NCBI GenBank assembly: GCA_963727445.1
Contig: CAVSGI010000008.1
Coordinates: forward strand, 512,001 to 576,000
Direction: 5' to 3'
Source of the DNA: an uncultured delta proteobacterium
GTDB taxonomy: Bacteria > Myxococcota_A > Polyangia > Polyangiales > B10-G4
DNA length: 64,000 nt
The notes below the pieces were generated by a model. That model saw nothing but the letters and a program-made list of their open reading frames with translations, made no database searches and had not been told where the DNA came from. The translations under genes and the position numbers were made by a program. Shown one piece after another: positions 1 through 11,291 of this stretch. The stretch's first letter is position 1; every line of letters starts with the position of its first letter.

Positions 1-18
1 GCTGGTTTCTTCGTGCCG

Positions 19-1259
19 TTACCCGTCTTGCGACGCGTTTCGGCGTAGATAGGCGGGGATGTCGAGGACGGCCTCGTCGTGCAGGGCCGTGGCGCCGAAG
101 GCCCGGCTGTGTCGGCCCTCCGCCGAGGCGTGAACCTCGTGGCTCGGCGAGGAGTGGCGGCGGCTCTGCCCGAGGGCGATGGCCTCGCGGGTGGTCTGAC
201 CCGAGGAGCCTCCGTAGCTCATGCGGGTCCCCATCGGGACCGTGGTGCGGGCCTGTCGGGGCTGGACGTCCACCACCGTGGGCTCGCTCTCGTCGAAGCC
301 GGTCGCGATGACCGTGACCTTGACCGTCGTCGCTCATGTCCGGGTCGGTGACGACGCCGAAGATGATGTTGGCCTCCTCGTGGGCGGCCTGCTGGATGAG
401 GCTCGCCGCCTCGTTGATCTCCTTGAGCCGGATGTCGGGGCCCGCGGTGAAGTTGATGAGGACCCCACCCGCGCCGTCGACGCTGACGTCGTCGAGGAGC
501 GGCGAGTTGATGGCCATCTCCGCGGCTTCGATGGCGCGGCGGTCGCCCTTGGCCGCAGCCGGTGCCCATCAGCGCGCGACCGCTGGTGCTCATGATGGTC
601 TTCACGTCGGCGAAGTCGACGTTGATCATGCCGGCGTTGACGATGAGGTCGCTGATGCCGCGCACCGCCTGAACCAGCACGTCGTCGGCACGCTGGAAGG
701 CCTCGAGGAGGCTACAGGTCCTCGTCCTCGAGGTTGCAGAGCTTCTGGTTCGGGATGGTGATGATGGTGTCGACCGACGCCGATGAGCTCGTCGATGCCG
801 TTGGTCGGCGTTCTTGCTGCGCTTGCGGCCTTCGAAGAGGAAGGGTTGGTCACGACGCCGACCGTGAGCGCGCCGTGATCACGCGCGATCTGCGCGATGA
901 TCGGCGCCGCGCCGGTGCCCGGTGCCGCCGCCCATGCCGGCGGTCACGAAGACCATGTCGGCGCCCGCGAGCTGCGTCGGCGATGCGCTGCACGTCCTCG
1001 AGCGCCGCCTTGCGGCCGACGTCGGGGTTGCCGCCCGCGCCGAGCCCCTTGGTCAGCTGCGGGCCGAGCTGGATCTTGGTCGGCGCGAGGCTCGTATCGA
1101 GCGCCTGCGCGTCCGTGTTGGCGGCGATGAACTCGACGCCCTCGAGGCCGCTCGGCGATCATGGTGTTGAGCGCGTTGCCGCCGCCGCCGCCCACGCCGA
1201 CGACCTTGATCCGCGCGTGCAGCTCCGCGTCGTCCGCGAACTCGATCGAGATTGCCCAT
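19..1259 (-). CDS. ftsZ: Cell division protein FtsZ (several apparent frameshifts)
   Basis: Fragments in different frames: [44 protein letters not shown]-terminal core LDIPAYLRR. Confidence 0.95.
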
Positions 1260-1367
1260 TTCTGCTTCCTCCCAGCTGGAGGCTCCCGCTCCCCGTCCGA
1301 CATCGCCTCTGTCGCCGCTCGGGTTCGCCCACCCGTGGTCGGAGTCGTCATTTGCATCAGCCCTGGC

Positions 1368-2611
<1,244 letters not shown>

Positions 2612-2732
2612 TTCGTCGCTTCTCCCGAGGCTCTTGTTCTGCCTTTTCGAGCCATACAGGTCCCCGTTCGAGGTGGCCAAAAAACTGCAAAACTCCAACC
2701 GGATAGGTGGGTTCAGGTGCGATAGTTCCGAG

Positions 2733-3221
2733 GTGGCTCTGATCGCCTGCCCGGAGTGCGAAGGAAAGGTCTCGGACCGCGCCGCGGCGTGTCCCCACTG
2801 CGGATTTCCCTTGCGAGAGGCGCGCATGCACGCGGGCGTGGGCGACGAGGAGAGAGTGCTTCGCGAGGTCTCGCCGGCGCTCTACGGCCGCAACCCCTTC
2901 ATCCACCTCGGCGTCATCGTGCTCTCACTCGTGTTGGTGGGATTGTTCATGTACCTCTACGAGTGGCTGCGCTGCCGCGCGACGCGCTTGATCGTCACCA
3001 CCGAGCGCACGACGCTGCGCACCGGTATCGTCAGCCGGCAGACGAACGAGGTCAGACACTCGGACCTGCGCAACGTGCAGGTGAGACAGACGGCGTTCGA
3101 GCGCATGGTCGGCGTCGGCGAGGTCGAGCTGTCGAGCGCAGGGCAGAGCAACGTGGAGATCGCCGTGGGCGGATTGCCGGATCCGGCGGGGATCGCGGAG
3201 TTGATCCGGCAGTATCGCTAG
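2733..3221 (+). CDS. Zinc-ribbon plus bacterial PH (bPH_2-like) domain membrane protein
   Basis: GTG start, LIACPECEGKVSDRAAACPHCG, one hydrophobic segment, then TRLIVTTER...VRQTAFERMVGVGEVELSSAG. Confidence 0.75.
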   Translation: MALIACPECEGKVSDRAAACPHCGFPLREARMHAGVGDEERVLREVSPALYGRNPFIHLGVIVLSLVLVGLFMYLYEWLRCRATRLIVTTERTTLRTGIVSRQTNEVRHSDLRNVQVRQTAFERMVGVGEVELSSAGQSNVEIAVGGLPDPAGIAELIRQYR

Positions 3222-3573
3222 CGCGCCGACGCGAACGCGGATTCAGGGCGGACGCGCCGCGGATGGGGAACGCGGAGGCCGTGGAAGGCGCGAACGCGGA
3301 TGGGGACGCGGGCGCGGGCGCGGAGGCGCACGCGGATCTTGGCTTCGGGGGGAAGGTGGGGGCGCGTGTGCGAGCGGAGGATGACGTGTGAGCCGGGGCA
3401 ATGAAGCGGGCGTGGGTCGGAGCGGCCGAGAGGGATGCGTGGATGCGGTGGGAGCCGCCCATCGCGTTTCGATCGTCGCGTGAGGTCTCGGGCCGCGGCC
3501 GCTTCGCGGCCTCTGTGGCGGCGCTTCGCGCCTGTGTGGGCGCTCGCGCGCCCGCGATCGTTGGTGAGGCGGG

Positions 3574-4156
3574 CCGAAGTCGCGGACATCGCGCGTTGGG
3601 TCCGAGAGCGGTTCGCAGGCACGGACCGAAGTCGGGGGCATCGCCCGTTGGGTCCGAGAGCGGTGCGCAGGCACGGACCGAAGTCGGGGGCATCGCGCGT
3701 TGGGTCCGAGAGCGGTGCGCATACGCGGGCCGAGGTCCGAGGCATCGCCCGTTGGGTCCGAGAGCGGTGCGTATGGGCGAACCGAAGTCGCGGGCATCGC
3801 GCGGTGGGTCGGAGAGCCGTCCGCCTGCGCGGACCGAAGTCGAAGGCATCGTGCGGTGGCTCGGAGAGCGGTCCGCCTGCGCGGACCGAAGTCGCGGGCA
3901 TCGTGCGGTGGCTCGGAGAGCGGTTCCCCTCCGCGGGCCGAAGTCGGAGGCATCGCCCGTTGGGTGCGAGAGCGGTGCGGCGCGGGCCGAAGTCGGAGGG
4001 ATCGCGCGGTGGGTCCCAGAGCGGTTCGCCTCCGCGGGCCGACGTCCGAGGTACCGCGCGTTGGGTCCGAGAGCGGTTCGCAGGCACGAACCGAAGTCGT
4101 GGGCACCGCGCGTTGGGTCGGAGAGCCGTCCGCCTGCGCGGACCGAACTCGAAGGC
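3574..4156. repeat. Degenerate tandem array of 52-bp units (11 full units, one of them 49 bp, plus a partial 12th)
   Basis: CCGAAGTC-like anchors at 3574, 3626, 3678, 3730, 3782, 3834, 3886, 3938, 3987, 4039, 4091, 4143; approximate consensus CCGAAGTCGNNGGCATCGCGCGTTGGGTCCGAGAGCGGTNCGCNNGCGCGGA. Confidence 0.95.
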
Positions 4157-4251
4157 GTAGTCACGGCACGTCGCCTCCGAAGCGCTGTCGCGATCACCGC
4201 AAGCACTTCCACATCCGCTGAGCAGGACTCGGGCTGGGAGCGCGGGCCGAA

Positions 4252-4280
4252 CTGTCGTCACCCTGTAGGGGTGACGACAG
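4252..4280. promoter_or_regulatory. Perfect 12-bp inverted repeat (operator or hairpin)
   Basis: CTGTCGTCACCC-TGTAG-GGGTGACGACAG upstream of the response regulator; no U-tract follows. Confidence 0.55.
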
Positions 4281-4399
4281 GGTATTCCCGACTGAATTCA
4301 GAACGCCACCGCGGGGTGATCCAGTTGCGGACAGTGGCATGATGCTTGCCCCCCCCCCGCCCGCGGGTGCTGTACTCGCACCTCGCATTTTGGGGGGCA

Positions 4400-4993
4400 A
4401 TGGAATCAGCCATCGTCATCGTGGAGGACGACGCGAAGTTGCGGCGCTCCTTCGCGCGCGCCATCGCTAGAGAAGGCTACGACGTCATCGAAGTCGAGAG
4501 CGTCCATGATGCGTACGCACTTCGCCGCGAGCCGATCGCTGGCTTCCTCGTCGATTACATGTTGCCGGACGGTTTGGGCACGGACCTGATCCGAGACCTT
4601 CGCGACGACGGGGTTTCGGTCCCCATCCTCCTGGTGACGGCGCATCCGTCGCTCGCACTCGCCGACGAGGCCGCGGCGGGTGGCGCGGCCTTCCATGCGA
4701 AGCCGGTCTCGCCAGCGGCAATCAACGCGCTGCTGGATGCCGCGCGGCCATTCGTTCCCGTCGACATCCGACTTCGCAAAGTGCTTGGACTGAGCAAGCG
4801 GCAACACGATGTGGTGCGTGTTCGCGTCGGAGGCGTGGCGCGTGCGGGCATCGCCGCTGCACTGGACGTTCCCGAGGATACCGTCAAGTCCCGTATCCGC
4901 GAGATCCTCAGAAAGGCACGGAAGCACGGATACGCGGATGACCGACTCGACGATCTCATCGTCGATGCGGAACGCCGCTGGCGCCGAAGCTGA
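4400..4993 (+). CDS. Response regulator, REC plus LuxR/NarL-like HTH
   Basis: IVIVEDD, LVDYMLPDGLG, ILLVTA, KP motifs; C-terminal LSKRQHDVV...IAAALDVPEDTVKSRIREILRK. Confidence 0.85.
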   Translation: MESAIVIVEDDAKLRRSFARAIAREGYDVIEVESVHDAYALRREPIAGFLVDYMLPDGLGTDLIRDLRDDGVSVPILLVTAHPSLALADEAAAGGAAFHAKPVSPAAINALLDAARPFVPVDIRLRKVLGLSKRQHDVVRVRVGGVARAGIAAALDVPEDTVKSRIREILRKARKHGYADDRLDDLIVDAERRWRRS

Positions 4994-6309
4994 TGCTGCT
5001 GCCCGAGCAGAAAACGAGAATCGACATGCGTGTGATCGGCCTCGCGACACCTCCCATCCTGCTGCTCCTCCTCGTCGCGGCCTGCGGCTCGAAGTCAGCG
5101 CTCGGCGAAGGCGAACCATCCGACGCCTCGATGGACGCCGACGGGCGCCCGGACGCCGTGTCCGACACTGGCCTCGATTCTCGACACGACGCCGGAGAGC
5201 CCGTCGATGGCTGCACCGAGTTGCCGCCGGAGGAACCCCCATCGGAGGTTGAGGTCGCGTTCGTGTCTCGAATCAGCTCAGCGGATGTGCTCTTCCTGAT
5301 CGACACGACGGGAAGCATGAGCGATGAGATCGAGCGCATCCGGAGCACCCTCCGCGACGCCCTCCTGCCCGGCCTGGTGGAGGCCATCGGGGACGTGCGC
5401 GTCGGCGTCGCTTCGTTCGCTGATTTCCCCGTGGGAATCTACGGCTCGCCTGACGACCGGCCGTTCCTTCTGTTGACACCAACAACCACGGACATCGGTG
5501 TCGTCGAGAGCGCGCTCGATGCGCTCCCCGGTTCGGCTGGCTCCGACGAACCCGAGTCGCAAACCGAAGCCTTGTACCAGGTGGCGACCGGTGAAGGGTT
5601 CTCGACCTTCGTTCCTCCCTCCGACTGTCCGGCAGGCACCGTCGGCTATCCGTGCTTCCAGTCCGACGGCTCGCGCATCATCCTGCTCTTCACCGACGCC
5701 CCGTTTCACAATGGGCCTGGGATGTCCGATCCCTACGCGCCGGACCTCACGCCAGCGCCCCACACCTACGCCGAAGCGCTGAACGCTCTTCGGGGGATCG
5801 GCGCGAAGGTGCTCGGACTCTTCTCTGGCGGGGCCGATATGGAAGCCTTGGCCGATCTGAACGCGATCGCGAGAAACTCCGGAGCGGTTGCCCCGAGCGG
5901 GGAGCCGATCGTGTTCGACATCGGCACGGACGGGGGCCGATTGGACACCGGCGTGGTGCAGTCGGTCGAAGCGCTCGTCGAGGAGGTACCGATCGATCTC
6001 GATATCGTCGTCGAAGACGTTCCCGGCGACGGCTTCGACGCACTGGACTTCGTCCGTGCGGTCGAGACGGTTCGGGCCGTTCCAAGTGAGGGCGCCATCG
6101 ACCGGGGGGACCGGTTCGATCAGGTGGTCCCCGGCACCCGGGTGGTCTTCCGGGTCGTACTGCAGAACGAGATGATCCCCCGAAGGGCCGCACCCCAGAT
6201 CTATCGCCTCCGAATCGTCCTCCGCGGCGACGGGGTCACTCGGCTCTCCAGCAGGACGGTGGAGATCGTGATCCCGAGCGATGGGGGCAGTGGTTGTGAG
6301 GGAGCGTGA
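4993..6309 (+). CDS. VWA-domain lipoprotein
   Basis: Signal/lipobox LLLLLVAAC; MIDAS DVLFLIDTTGSM; GSDEPES; IILLFTDAPFH; TGATG overlap with the regulator. Confidence 0.85.
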   Translation: MLLPEQKTRIDMRVIGLATPPILLLLLVAACGSKSALGEGEPSDASMDADGRPDAVSDTGLDSRHDAGEPVDGCTELPPEEPPSEVEVAFVSRISSADVLFLIDTTGSMSDEIERIRSTLRDALLPGLVEAIGDVRVGVASFADFPVGIYGSPDDRPFLLLTPTTTDIGVVESALDALPGSAGSDEPESQTEALYQVATGEGFSTFVPPSDCPAGTVGYPCFQSDGSRIILLFTDAPFHNGPGMSDPYAPDLTPAPHTYAEALNALRGIGAKVLGLFSGGADMEALADLNAIARNSGAVAPSGEPIVFDIGTDGGRLDTGVVQSVEALVEEVPIDLDIVVEDVPGDGFDALDFVRAVETVRAVPSEGAIDRGDRFDQVVPGTRVVFRVVLQNEMIPRRAAPQIYRLRIVLRGDGVTRLSSRTVEIVIPSDGGSGCEGA

Positions 6310-6583
6310 CCGGTCCGGCTGGAACGCCTCGGGCGCAATGAGCTGGCCAACTCACCCCTAGGTGGCGTTCGCGACCCGCGGCTCCCTGTTCTTCGAGGAG
6401 GCACGACGATCTTTCGTGCAAGGTCGGGGATCTTTCGGCGTGTCCTCGCCGGCCAACGTGGGATGATCATTTCTGCAAGTTGAACAGATCTCACCCCTGA
6501 GTGCCGTTGCACCGCGAGTGCGAATTCGCGAGCGTCGAGCATGACGAGGCGCTTCGTCGGCGCGCGGTCATTCAGGAGGGGAC

Positions 6584-7354
6584 ATGGTTCGATCGATTTC
6601 GAATTCGAGGGTCGTATGGGGCTTGGTGGCTTTCGCGGTGAGCTCGTTGGTGGCGACATGGGACGCGCCGTCCGCGCACGCATCCGCGTGCGGCAGCTTC
6701 TCCGCAGATTCAGGGGACAACCTGATCATCGTCGGGGAGAAGACCGGCTACTTTTGGTACAACGGCCAGTACTGGTACTACGGGACTGGCGAGCTCGCCC
6801 TGTGCTGGAAGGACTCGAGCTCGATCTACAACTACGAGGAGTACACCGGCTGCGATACGACGAGCAGCTCGTCCGACTACCTCTTCGTCCAGGCACTCGC
6901 GGGCGACGACGTCCTCGTCCCGAACACGACGGGGCACGTCTGTGAAGGGGGGGACATCAGCACGTACATCGATCCGTTCGACGACGCGTCGTGGGACTTC
7001 TACCTCTACGCGTACATGGGGACGGGATCGGATCGGGCGATCGGATCGGGGAATGGCGACCGTCTCTACTCCAATACGTACGGGAGCTTCCCAACGAACT
7101 ATCTGCCTTCCGACTCAGCTCGCGACACGTTGTGCGGCGCAGGGGGAGACGACCATCTATACGGAGATCATGACGACGGATCGACCTACTACGAGTTTCT
7201 CCATGGCGGTTCTGGGTCGGACTTGTGCAACGGAGGACAGGATGGCACCACCCACGACCTCGCGCACTTGTACACATGCGAGACGATTCAGTTCGCTGCA
7301 TCTACTTCGATCGATTGGGGTGGTTGTGGCGGCGAGCCCCAGAGCTATTGGTAG
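6584..7354 (+). CDS. Secreted protein with RTX-like (hemolysin-type) calcium-binding repeats
   Basis: Signal peptide ending AHA; ALAGDDVL, GTGSDRAIGSGNGDRL, LCGAGGDDHLYG, LHGGSGSDLCNGG. Confidence 0.7.
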   Translation: MVRSISNSRVVWGLVAFAVSSLVATWDAPSAHASACGSFSADSGDNLIIVGEKTGYFWYNGQYWYYGTGELALCWKDSSSIYNYEEYTGCDTTSSSSDYLFVQALAGDDVLVPNTTGHVCEGGDISTYIDPFDDASWDFYLYAYMGTGSDRAIGSGNGDRLYSNTYGSFPTNYLPSDSARDTLCGAGGDDHLYGDHDDGSTYYEFLHGGSGSDLCNGGQDGTTHDLAHLYTCETIQFAASTSIDWGGCGGEPQSYW

Positions 7355-8576
7355 AGTTTTCTCCCTCGCGATCCTGAGCCTGATGCTTGCGTGCTCTGGC
7401 AGTCACCCTGCGGTCGATGATGGGGGTGGCGATGGCAGTACCGACGCGTCTGACGGGATGGTCGTCGATGATGGAGACGTGGGTGTACCCCCACCGATTT
7501 GTGGTGACGGGTGTGAGATCGAGCAGGTTGTTGCGGGATTGGCGTACACGTGCGTGCGGTTCGACGACGGGCGTGTTGCCTGCTGGGGAAACCTCGATCC
7601 CCTGGACACCCTCGGCCTGGACGTGACGTCGCCTGTCGAAGTCGAAGGCCTTCCTGCCGTATCCGAACTCCTCGGCGGCTACACGCACACCTGCGGGATG
7701 GACACCGCGAGTGAGCTCTGGTGCTGGGGCGACGCGACCGAGCAGCTATTCGGCACCCCCACCGCCACACCACGAGACGACTGGCTTTCTTGGAGGGTGA
7801 TCGATGTAAGAGCCGGTGGCGCTCACACCTGTGCCGTCCTGCTGGATGGCTCCGTCGAGTGCTGGGGCACGATGAATGAGGGGCAGCTGGGTGACGGCAC
7901 GATGGAACCCCACGAGGAACCCGCTCCCGTCGTCGGGATCGACGAAGTCGTCGAGCTCGCGGCGGGAGCCGCCTTTACCTGTGGTCGCGTGGATACAGGT
8001 CGGCTCGCTTGCTGGGGTGACAATGGCTACGGGCAGATCGGCGACGGGACGGGGGGCGAATCCTTGACTGACGCGGATCGTACGGAGCCGCAATTCATGC
8101 TGAGCGAAGTCACTCACGTGACTGCCGGTTTGCGCTTCGCGTGCGCGCAACACAACTCGGGCGCCGTGCTGTGCTGGGGCGAGGACATCACTGGGCGCGC
8201 AGAGCTGTTGCACGGCCGCCGCTATCTTGCTTCCCCTGAGCCGATGGACCTGCCTTCGGGTGTTGCCATTGCCGATGTGCAAGCAGCAGTGGGGGGGTTG
8301 CACGCGTGTGCACTTGCTGCGAATGGTCGCGTCATGTGCTGGGGCAACAATCGGCAAGGACAAATTGGTTTCGGTAGCTCATCGACGCTGGCTCAGGCTC
8401 CGGTCGAAGCAGGTGAAATCGACGACGCCACTGGGATTGCGACCGGCTACGGCCACACTTGTGCGATTCGATCCCGGCGCGAGGTCTGGTGTTGGGGGCT
8501 GAATGACAATGGCCAACTCGGTGACGGCACGCGGGAGAACCGCAACCTCCCAGTGCGGGTCGTAGGACTGGATTGA
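7326..8576 (+). CDS. RCC1/BLIP-II repeat beta-propeller lipoprotein (start uncertain)
   Basis: Repeats of AGxxHTCA...vxCWGxNxxGQLGDG; lipobox-like LMLAC; the ORF-track start at 6942 overlaps the upstream gene. Confidence 0.85.
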   Translation: MAASPRAIGRVFSLAILSLMLACSGSHPAVDDGGGDGSTDASDGMVVDDGDVGVPPPICGDGCEIEQVVAGLAYTCVRFDDGRVACWGNLDPLDTLGLDVTSPVEVEGLPAVSELLGGYTHTCGMDTASELWCWGDATEQLFGTPTATPRDDWLSWRVIDVRAGGAHTCAVLLDGSVECWGTMNEGQLGDGTMEPHEEPAPVVGIDEVVELAAGAAFTCGRVDTGRLACWGDNGYGQIGDGTGGESLTDADRTEPQFMLSEVTHVTAGLRFACAQHNSGAVLCWGEDITGRAELLHGRRYLASPEPMDLPSGVAIADVQAAVGGLHACALAANGRVMCWGNNRQGQIGFGSSSTLAQAPVEAGEIDDATGIATGYGHTCAIRSRREVWCWGLNDNGQLGDGTRENRNLPVRVVGLD

Positions 8577-8945
8577 TGCGAACGACATCACGCGATCCGT
8601 CGAATCGCTGGCCGGCCGGTGGCGCATTGCTCGCGCTGCTCCTCCTCGTTGCCTATGCGGCCAAAGTGAACGTCGGCTCGTCGGTCCAGCCCCGAGAGAG
8701 CTCCGCTCGTGACGCCGGAAATGCTCGGCCTCACCCCCGCCGAGCTGGCGCCAGCAGAGGTGCCAGAGGTTCCTGCCGGCGTTCGTCACCAGCAGGCGGT
8801 CGATGCCATCGCTCGCTTCGCGGATCGAGCGGGGCTCGTTGAGCGGACCCGGTCGTCACCGTTCGGTCACACCACCGACTCGACGCTGACCCGAAAACGG
8901 GCCAGCATCCGTCCCGAATGGCCACTGGCAAAGCCGCCACGCTGA
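8576..8945 (+). CDS. Possible small membrane protein, frameshifted or remnant
   Basis: TGATG-coupled start, hydrophobic GGALLALLLLVAYAA; plausible continuation in another frame after GAGAGAG near 8700. Confidence 0.3.
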
Positions 8946-10132
8946 CGAGAGCGCGGACCAGCACGCCCGCGGACGCGACGGCGATGCCGTCGGCGAAGCG
9001 CTGGGATGCGCTCGACTTCTTCCGCTTCGCGGCGGTGATGCTGATGGTGCAGGGGCACACCTTCTACGTGGTGGTCGAGGAGTCGATCCGCGACGCACGC
9101 TGGTACCGCTGGCACAACTACGTCCACGGCTACACGGCGCCGACCTTCATGTTCGCCTCGGGCCTCGCCTTCGGCGTGACCACCTTCCGGCGCTGGGACG
9201 ACCACGCGCATTGGGGCAAGCCGCTGCTTCGGCGTATCGAGCGCTACTTGATGATCATCGGCCTCGGCTACCTGATCCACCTGCCGAGCTTCTCGATCGC
9301 CGCGCTCGACGGAGCGGGAGAGCGCGCGCTCACGAACTTCCTGAAGGTGGACGCGCTTCAGGTGATCGGGATCACCTTGCTGGTGGCCGAGCTCCTGGTG
9401 TGGGCCATCAAGAAGCGCGGCGTCTTCATCGCCGCCATCAGCGCGTTCGGCGCCGCGATCGTGTTCCTCGCGCCCTGGGTGCACCGCCTCGACTTCGGTG
9501 CGCTCCATCCCGCCCTCGCGGCGTACCTGAACTCCGCCACCGGCTCGCCCTTCCCCATCTTTCCCTGGGGCGGCTTCCTCTGCGCTGGCGTCGTGGCGGC
9601 GTACTTCGTCCAGAAGACCTTCGACGCGGATCATGGCGATCAGTTGGTGGGCCGCCTCGTGGCCGTCGCGGGCGTGTGCATGATCGCCGCGCTCGGTCTC
9701 GCCGCCGTCGACCCCGGCATCTTCGGCGAGCACAACTTCTGGAAGACCAACCCCTGGTTCTTCATCTGGCGCGTGGGCGTGCTCCTGCTCTTCCTGGCGC
9801 TCCTCTGCGTCCTCGCCGACGTCGTCGCGCGGCGCGGACCGCCCGGGCGGATCCACCGCACGGTGAGCGTGATGGCGATGGAGACGCTGGTGATCTACGT
9901 CGCCCACCTCTTCATCCTCTACGGCACGCCGCTGAACGACGGCGTCAACCGCGCCATCGGAAAGAACCTCGACATCGCCGAGGCGAGCCTCATCGTGCTC
10001 GGGCTCTTCGTCGCCATGGGCGCGCTCGCCTGGGGCTGGCACCTCTTCAAGAAGAAGAAGCCGACGCAGTTCTTCTGGATGCGCATGGCGATGCTCGCGG
10101 CGCTGCTGGGCTGGGTGTTCTTGTCGCGCTGA
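8918..10132 (+). CDS. Multi-pass membrane acyltransferase (DUF1624/HGSNAT-like)
   Basis: RWDALDFFRFAAVMLMVQGH, APTFMFASG, VDALQVIG, FPIFPW; about ten hydrophobic segments. Confidence 0.75.
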   Translation: MATGKAATLTRARTSTPADATAMPSAKRWDALDFFRFAAVMLMVQGHTFYVVVEESIRDARWYRWHNYVHGYTAPTFMFASGLAFGVTTFRRWDDHAHWGKPLLRRIERYLMIIGLGYLIHLPSFSIAALDGAGERALTNFLKVDALQVIGITLLVAELLVWAIKKRGVFIAAISAFGAAIVFLAPWVHRLDFGALHPALAAYLNSATGSPFPIFPWGGFLCAGVVAAYFVQKTFDADHGDQLVGRLVAVAGVCMIAALGLAAVDPGIFGEHNFWKTNPWFFIWRVGVLLLFLALLCVLADVVARRGPPGRIHRTVSVMAMETLVIYVAHLFILYGTPLNDGVNRAIGKNLDIAEASLIVLGLFVAMGALAWGWHLFKKKKPTQFFWMRMAMLAALLGWVFLSR

Positions 10133-10141
10133 CCGCGTACC

Positions 10142-11257
10142 TCACTCCTTGCGCAAAAACGACGGGATCCACTTCTTGAAGCTGGCGAGCACGTCTTTGT
10201 CCTCGTTTTCGAGGTGCAGCTCCACCAGCCCCGACTCGAGCTCGATCACCGAGTCTTCGAGCTCGGGATCCTGACTGCGCTGGCCGATGCCGAGCTCGGC
10301 GCGCGCCGCGAGCACGCCCCAGGCGAGGCGGTCGTAGAGGTCCTCGCTCGACTGGTGGATCTTGAGCACCTCCCCCAGCGCGCGGGCCATCTCGCGCGCG
10401 TCTTCGAAGCGCTCCGCCGGACGCAGGGCGAGGGCGCGGTGGACGAAGGCGCACAGCTCCGCCGGGATGTCGGGGCGGAGCTCCTCGAGGCGCTCCACTT
10501 CGGCGTTGGCCAGCTTGGTGTAGGTCTCGAGATCGGTCTCGCCCTCGAAGGCGCGCTTCCCGGTCAGCGTCTCCCAGATCACGCTGCCCATCGCGAACTG
10601 ATCGGTCTTCGGCGACGGCCGCGCCCCGCGCACCACCTCGGGCGACAGATAGGCGAGCTTGCCCTTGGCCATGCCGGGGTCGGTGTCCTCGATGTGGCGG
10701 TCGTGGGCGAGCGAGAGCCCGAAGTCGATCAGCTTGGCGCGGCCGGTGTCGCTCACCAGGATGTTGTGCGGCGAGATGTCGCGATGAACGATCGGCTCGG
10801 TCACGCCCTGCTCGGTGACGCGTTCGTGCGCCGTCGCGAGCCCGCGCAGGATGCCGATGCCCATCGCGGCGACCAGCTCCCAGTCGAAGCCCTGTTCCTT
10901 CTTCTTCAGGTAGCGGATGTAGGTCGCGAGATCGATGCCGTTCACCCACTCGAGGACCAGGTAGTACTCGCCCTCGTCCTCGACGAAGTCGAAGACCTGC
11001 GCGATGTTCGGATCCTGCAGGATCGAGCCGACGCGGGCCTCCTCTTCGAAGAGGCTCCGGTAGAGCGGATCGTGGGCGATGTGGGAATGCATCTGCTTGA
11101 CCGCCACGTGCCGCCGGAAGTGACCCGGGCCGTGATGTCGCGCCCGCCACACCGCGGCCATTCCCCCGCGCCCGGCCACCTCGAGCAGCTCGTAGCGGTC
11201 GGCGATGCGCCTCGCGGGCCGCGGCGGCGGCGGAAGAGATGACAGCGACTTGCCCAC
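10142..11257 (-). CDS. Cytoplasmic Hanks-type Ser/Thr protein kinase
   Basis: GRGGMAAV, VAVK, HRDISPHN, DFG, GKLAYLSPE; no transmembrane segment seen. Confidence 0.95.
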   Translation of the reverse strand: MGKSLSSLPPPPRPARRIADRYELLEVAGRGGMAAVWRARHHGPGHFRRHVAVKQMHSHIAHDPLYRSLFEEEARVGSILQDPNIAQVFDFVEDEGEYYLVLEWVNGIDLATYIRYLKKKEQGFDWELVAAMGIGILRGLATAHERVTEQGVTEPIVHRDISPHNILVSDTGRAKLIDFGLSLAHDRHIEDTDPGMAKGKLAYLSPEVVRGARPSPKTDQFAMGSVIWETLTGKRAFEGETDLETYTKLANAEVERLEELRPDIPAELCAFVHRALALRPAERFEDAREMARALGEVLKIHQSSEDLYDRLAWGVLAARAELGIGQRSQDPELEDSVIELESGLVELHLENEDKDVLASFKKWIPSFLRKE

Positions 11258-11291
11258 GTCGCGCGCACTGTAGCAGCGCGCGCCGCGGCTT

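Noticed and set aside
3574..4156. CRISPR array
   Set aside because: Variation is scattered through homologous units, there are no unique spacers, and no cas genes or AT-rich leader are seen.
3052..4342. Long ORFs in all six frames over the repeat
   Set aside because: A stop-free GC-rich 52-bp unit gives the same peptides cycling through frames; no protein-like features.
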